A stretch of DNA of 64,000 nt from Lama glama (taxonomy: Eukaryota): NCBI GenBank assembly GCA_028534125.1, contig CM052817.1, positions 4,094,001-4,158,000 on the forward strand, written 5' to 3'. Both the position numbers and the translations under genes were made by a program. The notes under the pieces were generated by a model that worked only from the letters and a program-made list of their open reading frames with translations, was not told the DNA's origin and made no database searches. The stretch's first letter is position 1. Each line of letters begins with the position of its first letter. This document shows positions 38,725-52,179 of the stretch, piece after piece.

Positions 38725-41700
38725 CTGACACAGAATGAGAGTTAAATAAATAGGGTGGGAGGAGAAAGGGGAGAGGGATGGAGGGTGGGAACATGGCCCC
38801 TGGAGCCAGGGTTTAAGTCAGACCTGCCCAGCTCCAAAGCCCTCCATGCCAGGCCAGAGCCACAGGACAAAAACCCAGGAACCTGAACACCACCAGACAC
38901 AAGCACACACTAGACACAGAGTGATGGAGACCATGGGGTTGGTTCCAGGGGACGGCAACAGACTGGAGCGCACAGATTCTGGGACGGGGACAGGGCTCCA
39001 TTAGTCAATAATGCCACTTAGCAACAGGGCAAAAACCACCAATGACATGATTGAGGGCAACCAGGGGCCACAGACGGTGGGGCCGAAATCTATCAGAGTT
39101 CCCCAGCACCAGGATCCCAGACTGGGGTCCTGGGTGGGCTTCAGAGGACACAGACCCTGAAGCAGCTGGGACCACATGCAGCGCAGGGGATCCAGGCAGG
39201 CTTCTCCTCAGATTTCCAAGGGTCCATGACACCCCCACCCTGGCCTCAAGGCCACGTCCATCCTCTTCCCTGAGATGAGGAAGGAAGAATCTGGCTTCCA
39301 ACCTAACTCGCCATGGCTCCCGTGCCCCTGGCTATGCCCACCAGCTCTGTGGTCCTGAGCAGGTCACGTCCCCCTCCGCATCTTAGTTCCCTCAACGGTA
39401 AATGGGGACAATCATCTCACACTCAAAGCGCTGTGAGGGCCACATGAGACCAAAGACCACAAGTGGTCAGGCCCCCAGGCATCCCCAACGCCCACCTCCA
39501 AGCACGAGCCTGCGCAGCCTGCCCAAGTGGGTGGCCGACACGCAGTTCTGGAGACGGCTGTCACAGGGAGAGCCAGAGGTGGCCCAGGCCCTACACAACA
39601 CACCCCAGGGCCATGCAACCACGTCTGCTGCATTCCCGGCTAGACTTGGGTCCCAAAGATGGGATCTGTGTCCGCCAAAGAACCCTGGAGATTTCCATCT
39701 GGACATTCCTCCCTGAGAGGGACTGAGCCCTTATTTTAAAAACAGCCTCCTGGCTGTAAACCAAAAGCACATCAAGCCACAAAGATTGGCCTGGAAACCA
39801 ACACAGCACTCAGTGCTGCTTCCAAACTCCAGGCTTCCGGGAACCAAACAAAGAGACAACTTTTGCAAAACCCCTCATCTGGCTGCATGTGCGGACCCAC
39901 TGGCCGGCTGTGGGCAGGGAAAGGCAGCCAGCGACTCGGCAGACAGAACCCAGCTGTGCAGGTCACTGGCTGACCCGAGACAAACCACACGGGGCCACGT
40001 CCTACCTCACCATCTCCTGAGGTTCCCGCTGCCCCAGAACTAAAGGCCACCCTCTTGGAGTGGCAGAGGGCTCTCAGGCCCCCCGACTTACGCCTGGGCT
40101 CCTCTGTTGCTAATGACAATGCAACCAGCACATCTGGAATGTGCTGTTTCAGCACCTCCCACCGATTTTCTCACGTGGATTCTCACGTGGCCTGCGAGGA
40201 GGGTACTGCTGTTACTCTGGTGTGATGGATGGAGAAATGGTCTGTCCTTCAACCCACACCCCATGCCACAGACAAGGAAGCTCAGGTCCAGAAAGGTGAG
40301 ATCCCCGCCCAAGGCCACACAGCTCAGAGTGTCGGAGCTGGAGTTCAAATCCACAGAGCCTCTCACTCGGAAACAGCTCCTTTCTGAAGAAGAGGCCTCT
40401 CAAAATGCGCCCACCTGCTTCTGCCACCCAAACCCCACTACACCTTCTCTTCCCCCATCACTGTCTCCTCAAACCTGTTCTTCAGCCTCCACAGGCAGCT
40501 GCTGACCTCCACGCCTTAGCTCTTGCAGGGCCCCCTTCTTGGACTGGCCCTCTCCCCTCCCACAGGCCCCATCCTAGATGACATTCAAGTCAAGGGCCCA
40601 ATTTGCCTCCTTCTGGGAACTTCCCAGCAGCCTCTGCCCTGAGTCCTGTCTCCATCACTTGCTCTCAGGTAACCACATAGCACTCAGGGTATGTCTCCTT
40701 CAGAACCCTCTCTCTGCCAGAGATGGACCAGAAGGACTCACCCGGGTGGTCCAGCTGCCCCTCTGAGAGGAGCCCTGGGTCAGGAGGGACAGCACTGTCC
40801 CTGGCCAGCAGGACACAGTTTTTCCACCTGAAGCAACCGGGGAGTGAACCCCAGTTCTGCCCTCTACTAGTAGCTATTTAACCTCACAGGGGTGAAGGAA
40901 GAGAAAGCAAAGTGCAAACTATAAAGCATTAAAAAAAAAACAAAAAAGCACCCAAGCCATTTCTCCCAGGGGCTAAATAAAGGCATATTCAAGTTGAGAG
41001 ACACCTTATAACAGGAATTTCAGGAAAACACAGTTTCTGGCTGGCCTGCTGGTCTAAGTATTATGTATGTCACTCTACAATCAAAATAAAACTGTTTAAA
41101 GTAAAATCTGGTTAGTATGGAGAGATGAATAAAGGAGGATTAATTTTAGGTTCCCTGAGAGTCGGCCAAATCCTTTTTGGATCAAAGGCCTTGTCATTTG
41201 AAAACAAATGAAATGATCTGGTGCCGTGGTTGGGTCACGGAGGAGACCACAGATGATCTCTCAGTGGACAGGCCCAAATGGTGTCTGGTCCCTCCTTCTC
41301 TGATGAGTCTTTTTTTCTGTGATCCTGGGGGCCCCGAAGGCAGGGGCTGCATCTCATTCACTCCGGATACAGCGGGGACCTAAGGGGCGAGGCCCACCTG
41401 AGGCAACCTGGCCTGGGGAAAGCAGCGCTGGCAAGGGAAAAGCCTACCCCATCTCGCTGTGTGACCAGAAGTGGGTCCGTCTTCTGGCCCCGGAATCCAA
41501 AATCCTGGCCGCAGAACAACAGCATCAGCCTCGGAGCTCCACCCAGCTCCAAGATTCCTCCGCCGCCACCCTGACATCAACCCCGAGCACCCAGGCCAGA
41601 GCAGGGGCTGGGAACCTGTCGTTGTGGAAGATCCAGAAAACCAGAGTGGCCAGCATTCTTTCCACATGAGCACCCAGGCATATTTTTATCCCATCAAAAC

Positions 41701-42445
41701 ACAAAATGCCAGCAACACGGAGCTCAGCTGAGGGGCTGCCACCTGCCGAGAGGGGAGAGGGCTGCTGGGACCATGCGTCTCCTGACATGCAGAGAATGAC
41801 CACATGAGGCCTGCAGCCCAGACTCCCTGACCGTTGTTCAGGCCGGACCCACCCATGCTCTCCAGGGGGGCCTCCCCCACCTCTGAAACAAGCCCCCAGG
41901 GAAGCCTTAAGGATGTTCACGCATCCTCTGACCACAGCCTCCACCGCCAGGATCCCAGCCCAGGGAATAACCCGGGATGCCCACGGTTCCACCTCCATCC
42001 CACTTGCTGCTCTTTGACATCCACGTGCCACTGCAGACCACCACGCGTCCCTCTTACGGAGCACCTCTCTGGGGTCCATCACAGCGGTACTTTGCAGCAC
42101 CGTCCAGAGAAGGCAGCTCAAAGCCCCTCCAGGGTGTGCCACACTAGCTGTTAACCACCGCCTTGTATAAGAACATCTAAGACAAGGAAATGTTTGTGTA
42201 ACGCTGTTAAAAGGATTTAAAGCAGCATGAGATATTACTCTGAGTCTATTTAGGATGAAAGCAAAGTTTATCTGCACAAAAAAGATGGAAGAAAATGCCT
42301 CCCAATGGTACTCCTGTCTATCTCTGCGTGGGGGGATTACCGGTAGCTTCCTTTTATTCTTTTTCTAAACGTATTTCCTTAATTTTCCATAATGAATGTG
42401 CGAGGTTTTTGGAATTACAACCAAATGTCATTCGAAAACTCATCT

Positions 42446-42547
42446 GGGGGAGGGTATAGCGCAGCGGTAGAGCACATGCTTAGCATACAGGAGGTCCTGG
42501 GTTCCATCCACAGTACCTCCATTTAAAAAGAAACAAATAAGCAGTGT
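42446..42547 (+). mobile_element. tRNA-Ala-derived SINE (camelid vic-1 type)
   Basis: GGGGGAGGGTATAGCGCAGCGGTAGAGCACATGCTTAGCATACAGGAGGTCCTGGGTTCCATCCACAGTACCTCCA plus an A-rich tail; degenerate Pol III A and B boxes; 11-bp TSD aaaactcatct/aaaacccatct (42435-42445 and 42548-42558). Confidence 0.85.
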
Positions 42548-45138
42548 AAAACCCATCTGCAACTGAGCCCAGAGGGAGAGGCTCAGGGGTACCCCGGGTC
42601 TGGGAAATCTGCTCCGGCCTGGACAGCCCAGCCCGGCCCTGCCACCTGGCACAGCGCTGCTCCTTAAGACAAGGGCACGAAGCCCTTGGAGACTCCCAGG
42701 TACCTATTTTTGCCCCACAGTATTAAGGGCCAAACCAAGGAACATTCCAGCTCTACCCAGTGTGCCAAGTTCACAGGACAAAGAGGGAGTCAATCTGGGA
42801 ATGCCCCGTGCCTGGCCTGGGCCGGTCAGCAGGCACGGACTGTGGGCCGATCTTGCCCCAGAGAAGATCCCGCAGGACTGGCCTTCGAGCACTCAGCCCA
42901 GATGGGAAGGACGACACGTAAGCAGACAACCACAGTGATGCAGCACCTGGGGGCTGCAAGCACAGGAGGGGCCACACTCAGTGGCGGGAAAGGGGCAGGG
43001 TGGGGACTCTGGACAAGAGGCCTTGGCTAAGCCTTCAGGACAAACAGGCACGAGCCAGACAAGGGTGAAGGGAGGGAAGAATGGAGGTGTGTGGGCATTT
43101 CAGCAGGGACTGCCCAGGGGAAAAGGCAGTGGACAGAGAACGTGCCAGCACTGTGGCCAGGAAGGTGTAGGCGGCTGGGAAGTGACTCTGGGAGGGGACA
43201 CGGGAAGGAGAAAAGAGGCTGAATGGGCAGCCAGGAACCTGGGGCAGGTCCCGAGGGCCTGAACAAGCGCCAGGCTGAGTGCTGGGGCTGAGCCCAGGGC
43301 AGAAGGAAGTGCAGGGCAGTGCTGCAGGGCAGTGGCAGGTAAAGAGCCACCAGGCTGTTTGGGGACAGGCTAGTGAGACCAGGGAGGGGGCTGAGTGGCC
43401 TTCCAGGGAAAGTGAGGAGGCCTGGCCCAGGGCAGGCATCGGAGCCCGGCTCCCAAGTCAGGAGACAGAAGCATCACCCATGAATGTGAGCGTGGGGAAG
43501 CAGAGTGCAGCCTGGCTTGTGACTGGGGACCATGGTGGTGGTGCCACTCTCTGAGGAAGGGACCTAGGGGAAGAGAGGGGGCCGTATGAGGCACAAAGCT
43601 CCCTCTTTTATCATGCTTTCCTCTCGTCACCACTGTCGTGGACCAGGGTTTGGTCTCTGTCCCATAGCACAGGCACTCTGGGGGCCCAGGATTGAGCTGA
43701 GACCAACCCCAAGGCCAGTCCAGCCCTGGCTTGGGAGGGACAGGGGAGGCCTGAGTGGGGAGCCCTCCACGTACTCTTCTATCCAGGGAAAGATGAGATG
43801 TGGTCTCCCAGCAACCTTTCCTGTGTCCAGTCAAAGGTCCATCTGCTGGGGGAGCAAGCGTACAAAGGAACCTTCCTCCGAATCCCTGGTGAAATGCGTA
43901 GGGGCTCCTGTGAGAATCATAGCCCCTTGGAGACAGAGGGGACAGTATGGGCAGTGACAAGTGTGGCCTCTGGGCTTCTGTTGGCATGGCTCCCTCACTG
44001 GGGCTGCAGTGAGGGCGGGCAGCCAGCACACTGGCTACCCAGGGCATCGCTCCCTGAGTGATGGATCCCGGCAGAAGGGAAAGCCCTTTACAAATGGGCC
44101 AAATGCCAAAGGTCACTGTCCAAGGTGAGGAGAGGCAGGCACTTGTTCTCAGCGCCTGCCCAGAGGCAGAGGTGCCCCACTAGGCTCTGACCAATCATCT
44201 GTGTGGTCTTGGGCAGATCACCAAACCCCAATGAGCCTTAGCTTCCTCATGTTTCACATGGGGCTATAATTCCTACCCCTAAGACTACCTGGAGGCCAAA
44301 TGTACAAATGTCAGTTTCTTGGAATTTCTTGACATTAATTATAACAAATGGTGTGGGAGAGTCCAGCTCCATCACACTCAAAAGGGCTGGGTCAGATTCA
44401 CCAGAAAGTTTCCATCTACCCAAACAGAAACTGATATTCCAGAGGGCAGGGTTTACACCAGCCAGGGCCCAGGGGCTGCTCCTGCCTCCCCCCACTACCC
44501 CTTACTGAGGAGGAACCCCTGGGGGAGTAACTGCCACACAGATTCTACGTGGGCAGTGGGGGCTTCAGCCTGACCCAGAAGCTGCCCCCTCAGGTGGGAG
44601 GGTCCCCACTTGGGGAATGAATCCCCCAGCACCTCCTGCAGCCCCCAACTAGGGGCCCTAGCGCCTTCCAGAGGCGACGGCCACGGGGGAAGGGCCATGA
44701 CAGGGCAACTACAGACCGATGTAGTGGGACACGGGGAGGAGGCACCCCTTGCCACTCGCCGGGTCCCCAGCACCACGAGCCGTCTGCCTCTGGGGCAGGT
44801 TTTCCCGCCGGCAATAGGGTTTCGAAGCGAGGCTCGCGGGCGTGACAGTGCTCGGAGCGCGCTGTGCCCCAAGATGTCCCCGGGTACCGGGACTGGGGCC
44901 GAGGGGGCGCGCACCCCTCGAGGAAGACGCCATCGGGGCCCCGGCAGGGGCCGCCGTGAGTGGTGGACAGAGCGAGACCCCGGCCCTCCAACTTCTGGGG
45001 AACTTGCAGGGGACGTTGGTACCAGCCACCCATCCACTCATATGGGGAAACTGAGGCCCGAGGGAGGAGACAACTCCAGGCGCTCCCAGGTCTCTTTCCA
45101 GCACTCCGTGCGACCGCCCCTTGCCCTGAAGTACTCAC

Positions 45139-45303
45139 CCGCCCGCAAGTGAGCCGCACGCGGCGCCGCGACGCCCGTGGGCCTCCGGGCTCGCCGCAAA
45201 GTTGCTCGGGAGGAGTTAAATGCACCTGGCCCGCAGACGCGCGGCCGGGACCCAGCGGCCAGGACTGGCTACAGTCGGAGCTGGCGAGCGCGGCCCCCAG
45301 CGC
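45139..45303 (-). other. WFS1: WFS1 non-coding exon 1 (5' end approximate)
   Basis: Strong donor CGG|gtgagt at 45139/45138 within the CpG island; no upstream ATG; resembles human WFS1 exon 1 as I recall it. Confidence 0.8.
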
Positions 45304-45427
45304 AGCGAGGGCCGGGGCTGGGGGCGGGGCTACATGACGCTCTCCACTCCCGACGCGGCCCGGAGGACGCGGCACCACCTCGGCCCACTGAGTGGCCAGC
45401 AAGCCTGCCAATCATCGGGCTCCCCTG

Positions 45428-45446
45428 CCAATCACAGAGCGCCTCG
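45428..45446 (+). promoter_or_regulatory. ERSE-like element CCAAT-N9-CCTCG
   Basis: CCAAT cacagagcg CCTCG differs by one base from the ERSE consensus CCAAT-N9-CCACG and lies ~130 bp upstream of the inferred WFS1 start. Confidence 0.7.
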
Positions 45447-47129
45447 CCTTGCGGTCGCCGATTCGCCCGCTTCGCCTACAGACTCGAGGTCGCCAGGAGG
45501 GCGGGTCCGACACGCCCACAACGAAAGTTTCCGAGAGGACTCGAGCCCGGCCCCGCCCCGCCCACCAAGCCACGCCCACAGGGCGTCTGTTCGCTGGGCA
45601 AAGCAGCTCACCTCGGTGCGTTAACAAGTGATTGGACCCTTGGGTGAGACAGACCCACCTTTAACCCACTACTCTGGCCCCAGGGTCGTCAACTTCAGAT
45701 TCAGTATCATCACTATTGCAATATTAACTAACAGGTTGCGCGCGCACTATATACCAGACGCCTTAATTCCAAAGACAGTAGCAGGGATAGAAAAATGTGG
45801 CCCATTTTAAATGCGTACCTGTAACGAAGTGCTGCTTTAAATGCATAAAATCAAATGCAATGTGTCACGCTTTCACAAGGTAATTGTGGGATTCGTTTAA
45901 GAATATATATTATTAGCCGAGGGAGTGGTACAAGGCTCAGCCGGTTCGGAAACCCTCTTCTTTCCGCCCTGGCCTGAGGTCTGAGAGATGTAGTTTGGAA
46001 ATGAGGGCAAAGGTCTACACTTGAGCCAGGCCTTGGGACTGTGAAGCCCTGGCTGGTGGCCCCGGACCCCCAGGGCTGTGTCTGCCCTATGTCTGGTCCT
46101 CAAAGCCAACCTAAGCTGCCTGTCCTGGGTTATTGCTGGAGAAACTGCAGCTCAGAATGGCTGCCGGAAATATGCTACCCACATGTCGGGAGCAAAGATT
46201 CTGCTCCAGGCTCAATTTGGGGGGAGCTTTCACACATCGAGGTTTTTTATTTCCCTCCCAGTGACCCTGTGAGGCAGGTGGCATTGGGCTCATTTTTATT
46301 GATGAGACTATTGGGGCTCAGACATAAGTGGTCATTTGTCCAAAGTCACACAGAGCGCTTTTTCCCCTTATACTAATCACAGAAAATCTGGAGAATTACA
46401 CAAAATAGAAAGAAGGGGGAAAAATCACTCAAAGGCTATTACCATTCACATTTTGAGGCCTATGCATATTTAAGAAAGGATTTTCAAAAGTCATCACGAC
46501 TGCACTGCATGACTATTTCATGAGGGCAAAGTCCTAGAAGCAGGAGTACTGGATCCTGATAGGGTCCATCAGATCTATAGCTATAGTTCACCAAAACAAG
46601 GTTCTCCAAGTTGCCTCCAGTTTACCTCTGAGGGGCACACACCAGCTTGGGAAACATTTTATTTTTTACGCTTACCTAATATGGTAAGTGAAAAATGGTC
46701 TCTTTACAATTGTAATTTGCATTTCTACAGTAACTAAGGGGCCAGATGTTTCATGTTTCTCAGTTTTGAGAAGCATCCTCTCTCTCATTTATCTATTGGG
46801 AGCTTAGCAGCTCTTTGAAAAGCTAAGATGTTTCTTTAATTTCTAACCCACCCATCTTTACTGCCCATCCTCTCCTTCATCTCCAAGATCTGGGAACTGA
46901 TCTGAATGGCTCCTGCAACATACCCTTGGGAACCAAGCAGCCCTCCTTGCCCCTGGGAAGCTGGGAGCAGAGACACCAACCCCCAGCATCTCAGTAAGAC
47001 TTTTCCAACTCATTCATCACTGTCTACAGGAACAACTCATCATCCACCCCTGTTGGCTGGTCACTGCCCAAAAGACCATCATGACCTGGTCCTTGGCACC
47101 GAAAATCCATCACATAGAGGCCGAAACAT

Positions 47130-49140
47130 TTGAAGGAGCTCAATAAACAGAGGGAAGAGGACAGATTGAACAATTCCTCCCTGGGAGATGAGAGAGAGAA
47201 AATGAACCTCAGTCAAAGCATAGAAACATTTAACATATGCCATGGAATGGAAAAAACTTAAGAAATCATAAGTAGGTAAATTCAGAAAGAAAACAGTTGA
47301 GGTGAGGAAAATTAGCAAACTGGAAGATAACAAGGAGTAAGTGCCTTTAAATGTAGAGGAAAATTACATGTAAATCATCAGGAAAAAATGAGACCCTTGC
47401 AGGCATTCCAGGAGGTACAGCTTGCAGAGAACAGGCACTCCAAAAGGAGCTGGAGAAAAACAGAAATGAAAGAAGTGCTAGAAGAAAATGTCTCTGGGCT
47501 GAAGCTATGCTGTGAAGCCTCCACCTCCAAGATAAAGAGAAAATCGTGCAGAGTTCCAGAAAGAATCAGTGACGTCCAGAGGAAGGAGAGACAGGGTGGT
47601 GCCAGATTCCTAGGGAACTTTGGAATGATGTCCAGGGACTGTGATTTTCTGATCAACAAGGCTTTCCCCTGCTCTGATGGAATTAATATGTCAGGGCAAA
47701 AGAAAGAAATTATCCAACATGGGAAGACACAGAGAGGGCCTCTTTCATCCATGGAAGGTCCCCTCTCATGACACAGTTCAATCTTTTGAGATAGAACAGA
47801 CATGGAGCACAGAAAATGGTGGTAAACAGTGACCCTTGCAAAATATGTGGTTTAATGTAAATATGCCTGGGATTCTGTATGATAATTGCTAAGCAGGGAT
47901 TCTTGAAACATAAGCCATTTACTGTGAGGGAAACCTGTGTTAGCCTGAAAGTAAACAATAGAATTGATCTTAGCAAAACCCAGGACTTGAGGGAGCAAGG
48001 GGTGGAGTGGAGAAGTACAGGGATCTGATTTGGTGCCAGGAGGTGGGGTGGGGTGATATCATGGCGGGGGACGGCATTGTTACCATTTACATTTCATACA
48101 TTAACAGGGAAATATTGGTTTAATTGTGACTATCAGGAATCGGAAAGCACCAACTAGTGGGAAAAAAGCAGACTAGAACTTATGAATTCGTGGGTGGAGG
48201 TTGGGGTGTTGGGGGAATGAATAAAGAAACGAAATTCAGAAATGGGGGAAAGAGGAAATAATGGCAGTAACAACAAAATTTAATAAAAGATGAAAAAATT
48301 TAAAATCTTGGATATTAACTTTCTAAAGAAATGTGAATGGGCTGAATTTCCTATCAAAAGCCCTTAATAAGACTGGGATAAAAATCAAAATGCAGTGTAA
48401 GTGCTATTTACAAGGAATGCACCTAAAATGCTGACGAATAGAGGCCCAAAGTGGACAATATTGGAAAACTGAAATTAAGAAAATAACAAGAATGACAGAT
48501 TAATGGTGCATAAAGAATTCAAGGCAGAAAGCATTCACAGGAACCAAGAGGGATATTATGTAATGGTGCAAGGTGCAATCCATAAAGATTCAACAGTCAT
48601 AAATCTTAATGAACCAGAAAATATAGCAGCTGTGACGGTTACTTTTATGTGTTAACTCAGCAGGGCCAAGATTTGGTCAAATACCAGTCCTAGATGTTGC
48701 TGTGAAGATGTTTTTGAGATACAAGTGACATTTATATCAGGAGACTTTGGGTAAAGCAGATGACCTTGTGCAATGTGGGCAGGCCTCACCCAATCAGTTG
48801 AAGGCCTTAAGAGTTAACGACCAAAGTCCCCCACTCTCCCCTTCCCTCCCCCTGAGGACGAGGGAACTCTGCCAGCAGACGGCCTTCAGATTTGAGTTGC
48901 AAAATCAACTCTTCCCTAGGTCTCCAGTCCGCCCTGCAGATTTTGGATTTGTCAGCCCCCACCATCACATGAGCCAATTCCTTACAATAAATCTCTCTCT
49001 AAAGATAGATACAGATACAGATAAAGATCTAGATATCTCCTATTGGTTCTCTTTCTCTAGAGACCCCTAACACAGCACCAAACTCCTAGAGCAATAACTT
49101 ACAAATACAGAGAGAACTTACTAAAACACAGCTCTTGTTT
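47130..49140 (+). mobile_element. Ancient degraded L1 (ORF1 to ORF2 endonuclease region), interrupted by MLT2
   Basis: Strongly A-rich + strand. Remnants near 48540-48630 (gagggatattatgtaatgg...ataaatcttaatgaacca) resemble the L1 endonuclease-coding segment and continue after 49075. Confidence 0.5.
48631..49074 (+). mobile_element. ERVL LTR (MLT2-like)
   Basis: Starts tgtgacggttacttttatgtg, contains caatcagttgaaggcctt and gagccaattcctta, ends ...taacaca; 5-bp TSD gcagc/gcacc. Confidence 0.82.
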
Positions 49141-49559
49141 TAATTCAATGCCATCTCTCTAGGAGGCCTGTCTTCATGGCGCCACAAAGCTGAAGCCTGT
49201 GCTTTGCTGTTGAGTATTGAATGAATGAATGGCTTCATCAGGAGCTCTTTCCTGCCTTCAGGACAATGTCCAGACTCTTTAGTGTGACATCTGAGAATGC
49301 CTTCCACCCTTCGGCCCTATTGCCCCACCTGCAGTCCTCTGATTCCTCCCCGTTTTCAGATTCTGCTTTCATGGGCTTGCCCGCTTCCTTCCCTAGTCCT
49401 ATTTAAAGCCCGCTTCACTTTACCCAGCAAAAATTTATTGACATCCTGTCAGTTCCAGGCATTGGGCTACATGCCAAGCGTACAAAGAAAAGTGAGGGAG
49501 GAAGTTGGTGAGTTATATTCTGAAGGACAGCAGAGTTGAGCCCTTTTTCAAACCATTGG

Positions 49560-50010
49560 TGTATTAGGCAAAAAAAAGTCCCTCTAGGTATCAGGTCCTA
49601 CTTTCTGGAACCTGTGAATGTCCCTCTATTTGGGAAAAAAGGTCTTTGCAAATGTGACTAAACTACGTGTGATATAATCACACGAGCTGGGACAATTATC
49701 GCGGATTATCCAGGTGGACCCTAACGGCAGTCACAAGCATCCTTGAAGGAGAGGGGCAGAGGCAGACAAAGCAGATGATGTGAAGATGGAGCAGAGAGAA
49801 ATTTGAGGAGGCTGGCCTCGAAGATCGGAGTGATGCGGCCATAAGCCAAAGAATGCCTGCAGCCACTGATGCTGGAAGAGGCAGGAAATGGATTCTTGAT
49901 TTTGGTCCAATGATACTGATTTCAGAGTCTGGCTCCAGAACTGTTGTTGTTTTAAGCCACTGAGTTTTTGTGGTGATTTGCTCCTGACAGCAGCCTCGGG
50001 AAACTAATAT
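49560..50010 (+). mobile_element. MaLR LTR (MLT1C/D-like)
   Basis: ggaacctgtgaatgt, ggtctttgcaaatgtg, ggattatccaggtgg, gctggaagaggcagg and gttttaagccactgagttt. Confidence 0.8.
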
Positions 50011-50339
50011 AATCCTAATGTTGTATTGGGACTGTAGTCTTGTTGTGACCTAGTGTGCACTGGTGTCCTGAAGATGAGGCTTGGGAGGCATGGAAATTCC
50101 AACCCTTGCAAGGGCAGCCTCTGGATAAATATAACCCAAGTCCTGAACCAACCCGTTGGCATTCAAACCAGTTCTCATCAAAATCAAAGAATGAAGGGGC
50201 CAAATCACCCTCTTGTGGGTCCCAGGAGGATAAACAAGCATTACTGAGAGTCGGGGAAGTGTCCTTTGAACGACCTAGGTCCTGAGCCTCTGGCCCTCTG
50301 GGCACATAGGGCATGTTGGTCACACTGTGGGCTTCTATG

Positions 50340-50560
50340 GACCCAGGACCACCCACGCATCTGCATTTTAAGAGGTTCCCGGGGGGTTCAGGTGGTCAGA
50401 GAAGTTTAAGCCCTGTGACTGTGGAGGCAAGCAATTGAGAGTGGTCTTCGTCCTTCATCCTTCACCTGGGCACCTGTTAGACATGCAGAAAGCCGTCCCA
50501 CCGCAGACCTTCTGAGTCAGAGTCTTCCTTCCAGAGAGACACCGCTGTGATGCATGTTGA
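50340..50560. mobile_element. MER5-like hAT fragments
   Basis: atctgcattttaag and tcacctggg...tgttagacatgcaga motifs. Confidence 0.4.
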
Positions 50561-51249
50561 TGGTAAAGGTGGAGGAGCCCTGCTTCAGGCTGCAGGTTCC
50601 CGCCCAGCTGCACGAATATCAAACCACCTGGAGAGATGGTCCTGCCCAGGCCAACAGAACCAGCAGTTTAGATTTATGGAGAGTCCTGGGCAGATAGGAG
50701 TAGAGGAACCACATTCAGCACTCAGCAAGGTCTGGAGCGCACTCTGGCCGTGCTACCCACCCCTTCCCTGCCTCCCTCCTGGAGGCCAGCCCACCTGCCC
50801 CTGACCACATCTAAGACAGGAAGCTCTCTTTAGTGTTTCAGCTCAGTGGATCTCCCTAACCTTGATGGGTCGGGTGGCCTCCCTCTGTCTCCAAGGAGGT
50901 GGAGGGTCTCCAAGATCTCTCTTCCCGCTTCCCTGACCATCCCCCTCCCCTGCTCCCCTTTCCTATCTTCCTTTATAAACCTGAGCTCACAGTCCACTCT
51001 GCAGTCTCCTTGGAAATGCAGCAGAAGTGGCCAGAGTTCTGACAGGAGGCTTGGAGCTGGTCACACGGCTCTGTGTCACCAGGGCTGGATGTGATATCAG
51101 GGGCCCCTCGCCCTGCTCCCCGCACCTCCCTGCACCTCCACATACCCCTCCCCTAGACACCCTCCCACACTGCATTGTCACCAGGCAGCTCTGAGCCCCC
51201 GTGAGTCTGAGTCGTGATTTACTCATCTCTGGAGGCAGAGTGACTGCCG

Positions 51250-51682
51250 CTTAAGGGCCTCTGGATGAGTCACTAAGTACGCTGAGAAGTTTCATACCGG
51301 AAAAAAGAGCACTGAGGATGCGAAGGCAGCTTGGAGGCAGAGGAAGGACAAATGCCCACACGGTGGGGCAGCACATCCTAGAGAAGCCCCACCATCTACT
51401 GAGGCTGGGGACCCAGGAAGGCTGGTGGTGGTTTGCATCCAAGTCAGAAGGCCTGAGCCGATGTCCGAGGGCAGGGGAAGGTGGCCATCCAGCTGGAGCA
51501 GGGTGATTTCAGGCCCTGAGTGGATGATGATGCCTGCCCACACAAGGGAGCGTGACCTGCTTTACTTGGTCTTAAGTCAAATGCTAATCTCTTCTGGAGA
51601 CAGCCTCACAGGCACTCAGAAACAGTGCTTTACCAGCTGTCTGGACGCCCTTCAATCCAGTCAAGTCGACACATAACCAGCA
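51250..51682 (-). mobile_element. ERVL LTR (MLT2-like)
   Basis: tggatgatg..cctgcccaca, caaatgctaatctcttctgga and caatccagtcaagtcgacacataa (reverse of the MLT2 5' end). Confidence 0.7.
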
Positions 51683-52179
51683 CAGTCACTGAGCAGTGCC
51701 AGGGAGGTGCACCCCTGCCCCCAGCCTCGGGCCACTCACCTGGGAAATGGGCGCAGCCTGCTGCCCTGGGTTCCGGGGTGCCCACAAAAGCAGCCAGCTT
51801 GGGGCCTGGCCATGGCGTCAGTGAAGGCAGCTGGTTTGGTCAACAAGCCACAGGGCTCTGTGTCTCCTGGGCTGGACACAGCAGCAAGGGCAACATTTGC
51901 CGGGAAACCACTACACATTTCCTCACGGCAAGAGACAGAAGGGTCTAAGGCACACCCCCTCCTCTCACCCCATCCCTGCCCTGGAGGGGCTTATGGGCTG
52001 GTTTGGTTCAGAAGCTGGAAAACTCCAGCCACCTGTTGGGGAACAGGAATGGAATAATCGGGGAGAAGCCATGCTGGCCCGCAGATTCCCAGCACAGGAA
52101 GAAACTGTTGCAGCCTGCAGTAGTCAAGGAAGGCTTCCTGGAGGAGGTGCTGACTTTACTCTTTTTGGGGGGGTTCTTC

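Larger units (their letters stand above)
44740..45640. promoter_or_regulatory. CpG island and promoter of WFS1
   Basis: Dense CpGs; GC boxes at 45321-45330 and ~45550-45563; CCAAT at 45408 and 45428; ATTGG at 45631; repeated cacgcccaca at 45511 and 45571; no TATA box seen. Confidence 0.88.

Noticed and set aside
42446..42521. Possible tRNA-Ala gene
   Set aside because: An A-rich tail, TSD and mutated A/B boxes show a retroposed SINE.
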